A DNA stretch of 46,068 nt from Escherichia phage vB_EcoP-720R6. The notes under the pieces were generated by a model. The model did no database searches. It was not told the origin of the DNA and was given only the letters and a program-made list of their open reading frames with translations. Position 1 is the first letter of the stretch. Every line of letters begins with the position of its first letter. The stretch lies in the sequence record ON470605. One strand, written 5' to 3'. A program made the translations under genes and the position numbers. Positions 11,445-21,609 of this stretch are shown piece after piece.

Positions 11445-11696
11445 ATGGGAAGAGATGACCCGCAATTTAATCTGCGGCTACCTTACGAATTAAAGGAAAA
11501 ACTAAAACAGCGAGCCAAATCCAATGGCCGCTCTCTTAATTCAGAATTAGTTCAGATAGTGACTGATGCTGTATCAAAGCCATCCAAAATTTCAGGCTAT
11601 CGAGACGATGCGGAACGCATCGCTGATGAGCAGTCCGAACTTGTTAAGAAGATGGTGTTTGATACGCTGAAGGATTTGTACAAAAAACCCACCTGA
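11445..11696 (+). CDS. mnt: Mnt-like ribbon-helix-helix repressor (Arc/MetJ family)
   Basis: 83 aa, MGRDDPQFNLRLPYELKEKLKQRAKSNGRSLNSELVQIVTDAV...SELVKKMVFDTLKDLYKKPT; RHH N-terminus and Mnt-like length/C-terminus; no arc or ant next to it. Confidence 0.8.
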   Translation: MGRDDPQFNLRLPYELKEKLKQRAKSNGRSLNSELVQIVTDAVSKPSKISGYRDDAERIADEQSELVKKMVFDTLKDLYKKPT

Positions 11697-11712
11697 TGGT
11701 GGGTTCCATTTA

Positions 11713-12132
11713 TTAGTCTTGCTTTGTGGACGGTATAAGTGATGCATTTGCCTCTTTTGGCTTCAAGGTATACATCCCACCATTAAATGGATCTACAGCA
11801 AGCCAACCAATTAACCCACCAAACACAAAGTTTCCACCAATATACCAACCATTAGCATTGGCTTTGATTGGCAGGGTAACTGGTTCGTACCCATCCTTCT
11901 CCATAGTGATCTGGTAGCTCTTTTTGCCAAAATAACTACCATCTGACTTGGCAAGAGTTACTCCTTGCGGGGTCTTACCTTGCGCAACAATCACGCCTGA
12001 TTCGTCTTTTACCTTAAAGCTCGCACCGGAAGGATTGCTGTTCACTTGCACAAGCTGTGTTTCGTCACCAACAATAGTTGCGCACCCAGATAACAATATA
12101 GCGCCAGCAACGACGCCGATAATCCTCTTCAT
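11713..12132 (-). CDS. Lipoprotein with PEGA-like domain and C-terminal glycine-rich hydrophobic segment (moron; function unknown)
   Basis: 139 aa; signal peptide plus lipobox MKRIIGVVAGAILLSGC; PEGA-like NSNPSGASFKVKD...GKTPQGVTL; GWYIGGNFVFGGLIGWLAV near C-terminus. Confidence 0.65.
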   Translation of the reverse strand: MKRIIGVVAGAILLSGCATIVGDETQLVQVNSNPSGASFKVKDESGVIVAQGKTPQGVTLAKSDGSYFGKKSYQITMEKDGYEPVTLPIKANANGWYIGGNFVFGGLIGWLAVDPFNGGMYTLKPKEANASLIPSTKQD

Positions 12133-12204
12133 ATTACTTTCCGTTTTGTTAGAATCAGAAAGATCTTAATAATAAAAAGTATTTTCGTGAAGATATTGTC
12201 GATT

Positions 12205-12217
12205 GAGTTAATAACTC
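12205..12217. promoter_or_regulatory. 13-bp palindrome GAGTTA-A-TAACTC in divergent promoter region of the two lipoprotein genes
   Basis: Seen directly at 12205-12217, between the minus-strand start at 12132 and the plus-strand start at 12267. Confidence 0.25.
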
Positions 12218-12266
12218 ATTTACACCCAACAGTGCCATGATGGCAAAGATAAGGAGAGTTAATCAT

Positions 12267-12752
12267 ATGAAAAAATCACTGTTAATTATCCCGCTTCTGC
12301 TGGCAGGGTGTGCAAAGGTTAGCGACTATCAGGCAAGTTGCGAACAACGCTATCCAAAGCTTAGCGATATGGCTAATTGCCTTGATGCTAGCGTGAAGAG
12401 CGACTCACGCATGGCATCAGCACCAACACCTAAGTTATATGTCCTTGCTGCGAAGATGCTCGGGCAAGGTGTCGATGATGGCAAGATAAGTGACGCGCAG
12501 GCAAGACTTGAGCTTCAGAATCTTTATGTTCAATTACAAAGCCAAGAACAAGCCCAACAAATAGCACAAAGCCAAGCATTCCAGCAGGCTTTATTGAATT
12601 ATCAGGCTGTAAACACAATGCAAGCTATCGAGCAAAAAGCGCGCCAGCCTGTTATAACTCAACCTTACCCAACACGCGTTGACACTTACACAAACTGCAA
12701 TTCAGGGTTTGGAAATACAGTCACATGCAACAGTAGCAGTAACATCAGATAA
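12267..12752 (+). CDS. Lipoprotein with Gln-rich coiled-coil-like region (moron; function unknown)
   Basis: ATG at 12267 with RBS AAGGAGAG; MKKSLLIIPLLLAGC lipobox, residue after Cys is Ala; Q-rich LELQNLYVQLQSQEQAQQIAQSQAFQQ; opposite orientation to surrounding late genes. Confidence 0.65.
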   Translation: MKKSLLIIPLLLAGCAKVSDYQASCEQRYPKLSDMANCLDASVKSDSRMASAPTPKLYVLAAKMLGQGVDDGKISDAQARLELQNLYVQLQSQEQAQQIAQSQAFQQALLNYQAVNTMQAIEQKARQPVITQPYPTRVDTYTNCNSGFGNTVTCNSSSNIR

Positions 12753-12842
12753 CAATCAGCAAAGGTATCGCCTATGCAGAGGGATACGATAAACCTCGCG
12801 TTCTACATATTTGGTTTTTGCACGTTCCTGGTGTTTGAAAAG

Positions 12843-14840
12843 CTATTCTGACAACGCATCAGACTTAGCCCCCTGAGTAAGGGCGTTAATGGCCTTTTGC
12901 GCCTGCTGCATGGCTTTCTCAAACGCTGTTGATCCGCGTGGGGTGTTTGCCATTCGGAGCATTGCATTTCTGAATGGCTCGCTCTCATAGGCGCGAGTAA
13001 GAAGTCCGTAGCTTACTGCTGCGCCAGTTGTAGCCGGGTTCATTGCCGTCCCATACCCAATTATGAACGGGATAGTTTGCTGCCCTGTGGGTGTTGTTAC
13101 TGCCGCTTTTGCAGCCTGCTGCGTGGATTGCAGGTAGTTTTTTAATCCTTTCAGATAAGCAGCGTCCTGCCCCTTAAATGTGATGCCAGTCTGGTTTTGC
13201 AGGATGTTAAGCTGCCGAAGGAACTGGTCAGGGGATCCGCCAGATTTCTCCATCGCCTTTCCAATGATGCCATTGCGCATTTGCGTCCTGCCAACACGAC
13301 CAACTGAGTTATACAGAGTCTTAATTTCCGATTTGTTCTTGCTGAATAGCATGTTGTTGACAACTTCCGGCGTCAGGTCGCCTTTCATGAGAACATTCTT
13401 CAGCCTGGTATTCTTTAGTTTCGCCGCTTCGTCAGCGTAGACGGCATTGGCCTGCTGATATTTACGGAGAGTATCGTTGCCAAGATTCTGACCAATGGCA
13501 CCATTGATATCGTCGGTCATTGCCTTGTAAACGCGCTGAATGGCAGCATCGGAACGGTTTGGTAACACTGGTCGCTCACCTTTCACGTCCATTCTGAACT
13601 GGCTGCGCAGGTCGCTTAATTGCTTCAAATCCAGATTTACCGGACCATCAGGACCAGCATTGCGAACAAGTTCATCACGATATGATTGAAGTTTTGAAAT
13701 AGTCTCGTTATCAGCAACCTTACCAAGCTTCTGCAGGTTAGATATCTCAGTATCAATCTGCTGAATTGCTCGCGCAGGCTGGATATTGACTCCCGCCATT
13801 GCATTCTGAACCTGCTCAAGACGGTTCCCTGCAGCACGACGAATTCCTGATGTTTTCGCTTTAAGGCTGTCAATAACAACAGCTGGATCATACTCACCGA
13901 ATTTATCAGCAAATCTCTGCACCAACTGGCTTCTCGCTTCCTGTTGCGTTGCTCTCATTCCGCTTGTGCCAGCCAGGGGGATATTTTCCGCTGTCGTCTG
14001 CGCCATTTTCCCGACGCGGGAAGTAGGCTGTAACAGGTCTGTGGTGTGCAGAGGAACTCCTTCACGCTCTGCAAATCTGATAGCCTGCTGCGCTTCTGGC
14101 GCAATAGCACCACTAACGCCACGATAAGCAGCACCTAATCCACGTCCAGCAGCGTTAATAGCGCCGCCTGCCAGAACGCCAACACCTAAATCGGTGGCGA
14201 GGGCTTCCGCATCATCTTTCGCACTATTTGCAGCAAGTGACCCGACTGCGTTTTCAGCGAGAAGGCGAGTTGCACCCTGAGCGATTCTACCAGCGAGTGT
14301 TGGTGCCTGTGTTGCCGCTCTCTCAATGCCAGCAGGAGTGAGGTAAGGCAATGCCTCAGCAAATACCCTGCCCTCTGTAGTTTGTGGAGTCAGCGCGCCT
14401 TGCTGAAGGCCAAAGTCCTGCTCTAATCCCTGCGTTGTTACTCGTGGCGCTGGGTGATATGTCCCATCGCCAATTCCGAGTTTACCGCCAGCCCAAGCCG
14501 CCGCGCTTGTTACAGCATCGGCAACTGATGCAGGTATGTTTGCCACGTTCACGCCAGCCTGCACCAGTCCGCGACCAGTTTCTTTCACGGCTTCACCAAG
14601 ATCAGACATAAATCCACTTTGCTGTGGTTGTTGCTGTGCTACTGGTTGCTGTGTATCCACTGGCTGCACAGATGGCAATGGATAGGCAGCATAGAAAGCT
14701 TGCTTAGCCTGCTCTGCATTTTCTCCGGCTTGCGGGGCCACGACTTCATTGAAGTATTGCTCCTGAGCCTGCGCTTTTTGTTCTGGTGCTAACGCCTGAT
14801 ACTGTGGAGAGGCGATAACATCTTTCCATGCTTTAGCCAT
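12843..14840 (-). CDS. Ejection/injection protein, P22 gp16-like by position
   Basis: 665 aa, last and largest of the gene block after the needle gene; Gly/Ala/Gln-rich; assignment by synteny with P22 order 26-14-7-20-16. Confidence 0.6.
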   Translation of the reverse strand: MAKAWKDVIASPQYQALAPEQKAQAQEQYFNEVVAPQAGENAEQAKQAFYAAYPLPSVQPVDTQQPVAQQQPQQSGFMSDLGEAVKETGRGLVQAGVNVANIPASVADAVTSAAAWAGGKLGIGDGTYHPAPRVTTQGLEQDFGLQQGALTPQTTEGRVFAEALPYLTPAGIERAATQAPTLAGRIAQGATRLLAENAVGSLAANSAKDDAEALATDLGVGVLAGGAINAAGRGLGAAYRGVSGAIAPEAQQAIRFAEREGVPLHTTDLLQPTSRVGKMAQTTAENIPLAGTSGMRATQQEARSQLVQRFADKFGEYDPAVVIDSLKAKTSGIRRAAGNRLEQVQNAMAGVNIQPARAIQQIDTEISNLQKLGKVADNETISKLQSYRDELVRNAGPDGPVNLDLKQLSDLRSQFRMDVKGERPVLPNRSDAAIQRVYKAMTDDINGAIGQNLGNDTLRKYQQANAVYADEAAKLKNTRLKNVLMKGDLTPEVVNNMLFSKNKSEIKTLYNSVGRVGRTQMRNGIIGKAMEKSGGSPDQFLRQLNILQNQTGITFKGQDAAYLKGLKNYLQSTQQAAKAAVTTPTGQQTIPFIIGYGTAMNPATTGAAVSYGLLTRAYESEPFRNAMLRMANTPRGSTAFEKAMQQAQKAINALTQGAKSDALSE

Positions 14841-16141
14841 TAATCACCCCATAGTGAAGAAAAATTACTGCCAGTAGTAGGTTGTTGCGCTGGCGTATTC
14901 TGTACTGGCTCCTGATAATCAAACTGTTTTTTAACAGTGCTCAACTTGCTTTCAAGCTGATTTCTAATCTTTCCGATAGAGTCACGAAAAGCCTTTTCAC
15001 TCATTTTGGGGCTTAGGGCACCAACCGCATCGGATAATTTTTTACCCTCAGCATCTGAAAGAGCGCCCATACCCTTCAGGGACTGCACCATAGGAAGGAA
15101 TGTTTGAGCTTTAAAGGTGTCGAGCCTTGCTTCAAAGTTAGCCGCATCAGAGCCAGGGACTGTCGGAAACGCTGAGCGAATTCCTACTGCTTTTGAAAGG
15201 CCGGGGCTTTGCTCTATCTCGTTGAGAGAATCAAGCGCGGTGCTGAACGTATCAACTGCACCCTGAGCGGCGGCCTGCCTGTCAGCGCGGGCTATGTCAG
15301 CCTTTTGCCGAACATCTGCCTGTTTCTGTTTTAGCTCTTCAAGCTTTAACTGATTGCTTTCTCTGGCTATCTGTCTGTCCAGAGCCTTTTCTTGTAATTC
15401 TGCTCTTTGTATTTCGCGGGAAAGAGCAGCATTCTGTGCGCTGATGTTCTGTCCACGTATCTGGATGTCCTGACCACGTGCTGTTAGTGCTTCTCCAGCC
15501 TGATTGCTGCGGATTGTCTCTGCCAGCCTGCCTCGGTCAATTTCACGACCAGCCATCTTGTCCTGAACATTGAAGTAATCAATCGGACCAAGAGCAGCCA
15601 TTCCAAGGTGATCAACAAACTCACCAAATCCTGAAGGGTTCTGCTGATACATCTGAGCAACGCTGTTAGGGTCAACACCGACGCGAGTCAGTTCCTTGGC
15701 GTTGTTTTGCAGCCATGATTGCATTGCTTCTGGAGACGATGACGCAAGGCGTGCGCCAGCCGCTAAGGTGCCGATAGAATTACGCTGGTCTTCGTCTGCC
15801 CACTTCATACCAGACTGAATCTTCTCTAATTGACCAGGGTATTTGGTCATCAGATCTCGAACCTGCTGTCGATCACCGGACTGGATGGCTGCCGCATATT
15901 CTTTTTGGAATGCAGCATCCGCTTCCTGTTGCTTTGCGGCTTGATATGTTTGAGCGACACTACCCAGTCCCTGCAACGCCTGAAGGCCGATGTTATTGCG
16001 ACCTGAACGCTCCATTTCGTTGTTCTGGCGAATATAGGCCAACGCCTCACTTACATCACTTGCCTTTGGCGCATTTGAGTTTTGCCCACCGATACCAGCA
16101 AGAAAACCGCCTGAGTTGATTCCTTGTTGCCAAGTAGCCAT
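14840..16141 (-). CDS. Ejection protein, P22 gp20-like by position
   Basis: 433 aa, coiled-coil rich; synteny. Confidence 0.55.
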   Translation of the reverse strand: MATWQQGINSGGFLAGIGGQNSNAPKASDVSEALAYIRQNNEMERSGRNNIGLQALQGLGSVAQTYQAAKQQEADAAFQKEYAAAIQSGDRQQVRDLMTKYPGQLEKIQSGMKWADEDQRNSIGTLAAGARLASSSPEAMQSWLQNNAKELTRVGVDPNSVAQMYQQNPSGFGEFVDHLGMAALGPIDYFNVQDKMAGREIDRGRLAETIRSNQAGEALTARGQDIQIRGQNISAQNAALSREIQRAELQEKALDRQIARESNQLKLEELKQKQADVRQKADIARADRQAAAQGAVDTFSTALDSLNEIEQSPGLSKAVGIRSAFPTVPGSDAANFEARLDTFKAQTFLPMVQSLKGMGALSDAEGKKLSDAVGALSPKMSEKAFRDSIGKIRNQLESKLSTVKKQFDYQEPVQNTPAQQPTTGSNFSSLWGD

Positions 16142-16150
16142 ATTCCCACC

Positions 16151-16831
16151 TTAAAACAATGATCCAAGACCACCGATAATGCCGCCACCAATAGCGCCAA
16201 CAGCCGTACCTATTCCTGGCACCACAGAGCCAATCATCGCCCCTGATGCCGCACCGCTCATGGCACCGCCCAAAGCTGATTGCAATCCTGATGGTCGGTT
16301 AGCATTCGCCGCAGATGCTGCCGCCTGCTGTTGATACAATTGGCTGACGTTGTTAGCGTAGTTCTGCCCAGCGTTTGCCTGACCTGTAAGAGCACCAAGG
16401 CCGATATTTGCCAGATTGTTGTAGTTGTTCATCTGACCTGACAGCCAGTTTTGACCGAGTGTAGGTGCGATTGCTGCTAACTGGTTTCCTGTTGCTGTAG
16501 AGCCTAATCCACCCGTTGCCTCTGCTGCTGCCAGACTCTGGTAACGCGCCTGACCAGCAAGGTCTTTGTACTGCTGGGAGTTGTAATACTGGTTAAGCGC
16601 CTGACCTTGCCCCTGAAGAGAGGAAAGATTTTGCAACTGTGATACGTACTGCTGAGCGAGTGGCGTGAACGGTGCAAGGTTCTGCATGTTCGTCTGCCAC
16701 ATTTCACGTTGCAGTTCGATGCCCTTTTCAGTTGCGCGTGCCTGGGCTTTAGATCCGGAGTCGCTGCCGCCTTTCATATACCCATTCATGGGAAGCAATT
16801 TATTCTTGAAGCTTTCGCTAAGTACTAACAT
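16151..16831 (-). CDS. Ejection protein, P22 gp7-like by position
   Basis: 226 aa with Gly-rich C-terminus GAMSGAASGAMIGSVVPGIGTAVGAIGGGIIGGLGSLF; synteny. Confidence 0.55.
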   Translation of the reverse strand: MLVLSESFKNKLLPMNGYMKGGSDSGSKAQARATEKGIELQREMWQTNMQNLAPFTPLAQQYVSQLQNLSSLQGQGQALNQYYNSQQYKDLAGQARYQSLAAAEATGGLGSTATGNQLAAIAPTLGQNWLSGQMNNYNNLANIGLGALTGQANAGQNYANNVSQLYQQQAAASAANANRPSGLQSALGGAMSGAASGAMIGSVVPGIGTAVGAIGGGIIGGLGSLF

Positions 16832-17288
16832 TTAATAGCTCCTCATATTTCGAACGAGGTAATTGATAGAGGGTGATTCCAACCGGTTTTCCGTTACTCA
16901 TGTAAGAATCATCAAGGTGACCAACACGGGTAGCGCCAAGCAAACGGATAATTGCCCGTCCGTATTTCGTTGTGTCAGGAACCATAGTGATGCTGTTAAG
17001 GAATGGTGAGTTTTCGAGAAGCCATTTGCAGAATAATCGATGCCCTTGCAGTGCATATTCACCACGGAATCCGGGGTCGTACACCGCATGGCATTCAACA
17101 ACGCTATGCCAGAAGTTACGCACTTCATGAACTCCAGCCAGCACTAATCCTTCGTAGATGCCGAGGTATACCGCATCAGGCTTGATGTAGTATTTATCTC
17201 CACTGTCTACGATATTTCCCGTGTTTGCCGGGTTGTTAAGGAATTCTGCAAGCTTCACCGGGTTATCGATGAGCTTTATTTCCATCAC
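16818..17288 (-). CDS. Head-assembly/DNA-stabilisation protein, P22 gp14-like by position
   Basis: 156 aa immediately downstream of the needle gene; synteny only. Confidence 0.5.
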   Translation of the reverse strand: MMEIKLIDNPVKLAEFLNNPANTGNIVDSGDKYYIKPDAVYLGIYEGLVLAGVHEVRNFWHSVVECHAVYDPGFRGEYALQGHRLFCKWLLENSPFLNSITMVPDTTKYGRAIIRLLGATRVGHLDDSYMSNGKPVGITLYQLPRSKYEELLNVST

Positions 17289-18238
17289 TGCTCCGCAATG
17301 ATTTTGATGGTTGTGGCAGTAAACGCCGCACCATTTGACTGAATGGTTAACGTACTGCCATTTGTGGCAAGAAAGCCGTCTTTATCCACGCTGAAGAACG
17401 TAGCTAACAGGATGTTGTCGGTTGTTGTCGCCGCATTACGACTGCTCACAAGTGTGTCAGGAACAGAGCCGGAAAAGGTTAGCTGCATTGACCTGTTGGC
17501 GGTTCCGCTGGGCCACGTCCCGACAATCGACAGCTTGAAGAACAAGGTTTTGTTCTCGTTGAACACAACCATCTTGTTGTTAACGGTGTCGAAGAATGGT
17601 GCCAACGTGCCGGATGACGGCGTGAGCGTTTTCAGCAGGCTAACAAGGTTGGTCGGCGCTGTCGGGATGGTTACCGATAGTCCTGAGTAAACAACCTCTG
17701 ATTTCTTGCGCGTGGTGGCATACTCAAGCGCAGATATTCTTGTTGAGTGATCACCAACTGTGCTTTGTAGCGTCGAAATACTTCCCTCTGCCGCTGTGAG
17801 CCTGGTATCAAGTGCGCCGATATCGGTTGTATTCTGAGTTATTCGCGCATCATGGTTTGCTAACTCAGATTCATTGGCAGCAATTCGCGTCTCGTGATCA
17901 GCCAGCTCTGTTTCGGCAGCCGTAATCCTTGTTTCATGATCTGCAAGAGTGCTTTCCGCTGCTGCAATTCTATGTTCATGATTGATGAGAGTTGCTTCAG
18001 CAGCTTCAATTCTGGATTCATGGTCTGCAAGGGTGACATCCTGCTCATCATTCTTCACCTGTGCATCATAAGCCCCCTTCCCTGCTTCGTTGGCCTTGTT
18101 CGCCACGTTACCAACATCAGCACCCTGTGCGATAACGTACAACAGATACGACTGCGAGAAGATATTGCGTGGAAGGACTGATGTGTCGAGTCGTGTAGCC
18201 TGAATGATTACCGGCTCATTGAGATTCGAATCAGCCAT
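17285..18238 (-). CDS. Tail needle (P22 gp26-like) with extended C-terminal knob domain
   Basis: 317 aa; N-terminus [39 protein letters not shown]...[13 protein letters not shown] resembles P22 gp26; five tandem 14-aa repeats ([14 protein letters not shown]); about 130 extra C-terminal residues. Confidence 0.8.
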   Translation of the reverse strand: MADSNLNEPVIIQATRLDTSVLPRNIFSQSYLLYVIAQGADVGNVANKANEAGKGAYDAQVKNDEQDVTLADHESRIEAAEATLINHEHRIAAAESTLADHETRITAAETELADHETRIAANESELANHDARITQNTTDIGALDTRLTAAEGSISTLQSTVGDHSTRISALEYATTRKKSEVVYSGLSVTIPTAPTNLVSLLKTLTPSSGTLAPFFDTVNNKMVVFNENKTLFFKLSIVGTWPSGTANRSMQLTFSGSVPDTLVSSRNAATTTDNILLATFFSVDKDGFLATNGSTLTIQSNGAAFTATTIKIIAEQ

Positions 18239-19656
18239 TACTCAATCCTTATCTGGCAGCCAGACAGAGTGACAGGTGACTTCGTGATAACGCGCAATTT
18301 GAAGCCGACATTTTTCCTTATTCGCCCGACACGCTTCCACAAAACGCGTTTGTCGTAAACGAACGGTTCATTCTGCTCAATCATCTGCTCACGTCCGTAA
18401 TTGATGCCGTCAGTGGTTGCCGATAGGAACAGGCGGTCAGCGTACTGCGCAACGCCAGTTGAAGATTCAACTTCAAGGTCGAAAACTCTGGCGTTATCCG
18501 CTTTGAACAACGGAGTAAACAGCAGGTGTTCCTGTTGCTTGTCGTACTGGCTGCTGATGTCGAATTGCAATTTCCCGGTCACGGACTCCAGCTTATCGCC
18601 GCACGTTATCTGATTGCCTTCGTAAATGAAGTCGATAGCGCGGTACACATCGTCATACAGGCCTGTTTTCAACACACACCATTGCGGACCATTGGCGCTT
18701 GAGGATGCGTCGTACGCGAGTACGTGGCGCGGAAGATGGATAATCAGCAGTTCATGCGCATCAAATCGCAGAGACTCCATCACGCCATCAGCCAGTTCAT
18801 CAGCAGTGTAGGAGCGGAGGATTTTCTCAATGCTCGCGCTGGCGATTGGTGACACCTGCCCGGAGCCGATGATGTATACAGACGGCGCACCCGTTGCCGG
18901 ATTGCTGATGAACGCATAGGAATCAGCAAACGGCGTTTTGCAGTAAGTTCCGGCAATGCCTTTCTGCACCATCAGTGATGGCTGTGCGACATACAAAGCA
19001 GCACCAACTGTGGTTGCGCCAGTCAGGGAGAAATACTCAATCGTCGATGAACCAAAGCAGACGATGAAGTCTCGCCATGTTCCGATGCCGATGATACCGT
19101 CCGGCTGCGATTCTGCGCGATATTGTGCGCTGTAGCGGTCAGGATGCGATTCGTCTTCAAGGTCAGTGATAAACCATGAATCAGTGCCGTCTTTTGACCA
19201 CGCATAACGGCCACGTAAGCGAGTAATGTCACGAACCGAACCTAACTCATACTGCGTGAATCCGCTGTCTGTAGGCCAGTTTGAGACGGTTTTAACCGTG
19301 CCGTCATAGCGATACTCGACCAGTTGACCATTAACGCCAACCGCCTGTGATGTACGACCATGAGCCATTGATACGCGACCACTTCCGGCAACATTACCGA
19401 CTTCACTTTCTCCTTTGTAGAGCTTGCCACCACACACGCGATAAACAGCATTCTGCGCCATGTTGTACTCGACGCCGCGCGATACGCCGTTCACATCAGA
19501 ACGTTTGGCAATGCCCGGGAATGAGCGAAGATATCCGCTGCTGTTCAGGATTTCTTTGGGTGTAGCCAGCATATTCACTGGCAGATAGTCGATGTAGTCG
19601 GCGTTTCGGAAGTCTTTGCCGACACCTTTCATGATCGGAAGTTGCTGAATCGGCAT
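18238..19656 (-). CDS. Tail hub protein (P22 gp10-like)
   Basis: 472 aa, the same length as P22 gp10; position between gp4 and the needle gene. Confidence 0.8.
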   Translation of the reverse strand: MPIQQLPIMKGVGKDFRNADYIDYLPVNMLATPKEILNSSGYLRSFPGIAKRSDVNGVSRGVEYNMAQNAVYRVCGGKLYKGESEVGNVAGSGRVSMAHGRTSQAVGVNGQLVEYRYDGTVKTVSNWPTDSGFTQYELGSVRDITRLRGRYAWSKDGTDSWFITDLEDESHPDRYSAQYRAESQPDGIIGIGTWRDFIVCFGSSTIEYFSLTGATTVGAALYVAQPSLMVQKGIAGTYCKTPFADSYAFISNPATGAPSVYIIGSGQVSPIASASIEKILRSYTADELADGVMESLRFDAHELLIIHLPRHVLAYDASSSANGPQWCVLKTGLYDDVYRAIDFIYEGNQITCGDKLESVTGKLQFDISSQYDKQQEHLLFTPLFKADNARVFDLEVESSTGVAQYADRLFLSATTDGINYGREQMIEQNEPFVYDKRVLWKRVGRIRKNVGFKLRVITKSPVTLSGCQIRIE

Positions 19657-19665
19657 TTATTCACC

Positions 19666-20127
19666 TCACGTACTCGGATCATCTTTCTCGATGTAAAATC
19701 GATTCCACGTAAACGCGCTTTTGTTACCACTACCGCGAGGCATGTCATTTCGTCGCTCAAGTGGTGGTATTTTGGTTAAAGCGATACAGATTGTCTGATA
19801 TGCACTGTCAGCAGCGGTCAGGAGAGCATCCGACGGCTGAATGACGTTATCCATGCACACCTGCACAGCGAGCTTCAAAGCGACGCCATCATTTGCCCAT
19901 GCAGGGATACCTGAATCATCGTCAGGTAACGGCATGATGCCGTTTTCTGTATCAGCAAACTGATATCCAAGCTCGATACCTTTCGCCTGCCATGCTGCCA
20001 TCATGTCTTCGAGGTCATTAATGGCATCTTCAATTGCCTGAGGGTCAGCATCTGTCAACGTGGCATTGGAATACAGCCCGGCTTTTCGTAAAGCCTTTAG
20101 AACGAGATCACCCTTCGTTTTCGCCAT
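19666..20127 (-). CDS. Head-to-tail adaptor (P22 gp4-like)
   Basis: 153 aa, MAKTKGDLVLKALRKAGLYSNATLTDADPQAIEDAINDLEDMMAAW resembles P22 gp4 N-terminus. Confidence 0.8.
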   Translation of the reverse strand: MAKTKGDLVLKALRKAGLYSNATLTDADPQAIEDAINDLEDMMAAWQAKGIELGYQFADTENGIMPLPDDDSGIPAWANDGVALKLAVQVCMDNVIQPSDALLTAADSAYQTICIALTKIPPLERRNDMPRGSGNKSAFTWNRFYIEKDDPST

Positions 20128-20296
20128 CTTCTTCCGCCTTAGCCACTTTTTGCTTCGTTGCGGTTTCTTCAGGAGTTTTTACCCAGCCTTTTTTCAGGTG
20201 AGATTTAACTTCTTCGTCATCAACAATGATGTAATCGACAGCAAACTGACCACAGGTGATCATGTTCCCCGGCTTATAGAGCATTGTTCGTGCCAT
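20108..20296 (-). CDS. Small hypothetical protein between coat and gp4
   Basis: Internal ATG at 20296 of ORF 20108..20335 with RBS GGGAGA 5 nt upstream; 62 aa MARTMLYKPGNMITCGQFAV... Confidence 0.4.
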   Translation of the reverse strand: MARTMLYKPGNMITCGQFAVDYIIVDDEEVKSHLKKGWVKTPEETATKQKVAKAEEDGENEG

Positions 20297-20337
20297 TGTC
20301 TTCTCCCAATAAAAATGGGGCCGAAGCCCCACCAAAA

Positions 20338-21591
20338 TTACTGCCCGGCAATAACGATGCCCGTATATTCAGGAACAAGTACAGAGCAACCGTACAGAGT
20401 GGTGAAACGCGCAGTGGTTACGCCTTTGATGTGGTCGAAGGCGTAAGACATGATCAACGTAGCGCCCTGCTCGGTGGTTGCTGTCATTACCTGTGGACCC
20501 TGACCAGTCGGGAATGCCAGTTTGCCGTACATCAGTTCAACAGAACCATCAGCCCAGAACAGGTTAGCCGGTGCGGCATTTTTGTTGAGAATGGTGATTG
20601 CTGCACCATTTGCCGCGTTAGCATCAACGTTTGCATATGGACGGCTGGCGGCATCCTCGTTGTCAGGCGGCAGAATTTTCGGGGAGATAGTTACTGTCGT
20701 TCCGCTAACTGCAAGAACGCGGAATACCTGCGGCTGCCCGGTGGTGTCTTTGGTGATCTGGTGTACAGAATTCACGCCAGCAATGGTGAACGCATCGCCA
20801 ACCTGCAAACCAGATGCAGATACCGTAATGGTTCCCTGTCGGTTATCCACTGGCATATCGTTGGCATCTTTCGCTTCAACCTTGTGCGCAGGTTCAGCCG
20901 CCAGCGTCAGGGAAGTTGCTGTACCCTTCGGAACACGACCAGAAATATCGGTCTTGTAGCTATCGAAGGACGCAACCGGAGGGATCTGCGCTTTTTCGTA
21001 TGCTGTCAGGGTTGCGCCCTGAGCATAGGCACGGTGACCAAGCTCGCCAGCAAGGTCTTTGTAGTTGAAGGGGTTCCAGAAAGAGCGGCGGTTGATACCC
21101 TGTGGTACACCAATCGCCGTCATGGTGGCATCAATACCTGCCGCACAGTTCCACAAATCACGGCCCTGTGAACCAGTGGTTGAGTCAGCCATTGTGATCA
21201 CGTTAGTAGCACGCTGCGTGACCATGGAAATCAGGTCAGAGTCAATCTGTGCAGCAAGGCGCATACCTGCGGCGCGACCAGCTTCAGTTTTATGTTCCGG
21301 GTCACGCATTTCACGCGCATCCAGAGTGTACAGAATGTTTTTCGGCTCCTTGAACACTGAAGGAACAAGGCGCTGAACCAGTGCTGTTGGCGTTTTGCTG
21401 CTGAGATCGAGGCCTTCCTCAATGTTCATGTGGTAATGCTGCGGACGATACAGAACATCACCTGCTCGCTGCATTGCTGTATCACCGGGACGGAATTTTT
21501 TAGCGTTACGGGAAACTACGCAGGCGGCCTCAAAGCCTTCAACGTAGTTTTCGAACATGATTTCAAGGTCTTTTGCTAATTGGTTAGCCAT
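20338..21591 (-). CDS. Major coat protein (P22 gp5-like)
   Basis: 417 aa downstream of the scaffold gene; C-terminal NLFWADGSVELMYGKLAF motif resembles P22 coat NVFWADD. Confidence 0.8.
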   Translation of the reverse strand: MANQLAKDLEIMFENYVEGFEAACVVSRNAKKFRPGDTAMQRAGDVLYRPQHYHMNIEEGLDLSSKTPTALVQRLVPSVFKEPKNILYTLDAREMRDPEHKTEAGRAAGMRLAAQIDSDLISMVTQRATNVITMADSTTGSQGRDLWNCAAGIDATMTAIGVPQGINRRSFWNPFNYKDLAGELGHRAYAQGATLTAYEKAQIPPVASFDSYKTDISGRVPKGTATSLTLAAEPAHKVEAKDANDMPVDNRQGTITVSASGLQVGDAFTIAGVNSVHQITKDTTGQPQVFRVLAVSGTTVTISPKILPPDNEDAASRPYANVDANAANGAAITILNKNAAPANLFWADGSVELMYGKLAFPTGQGPQVMTATTEQGATLIMSYAFDHIKGVTTARFTTLYGCSVLVPEYTGIVIAGQ

Positions 21592-21609
21592 GCTTAATGC
21601 TCCGATAGG

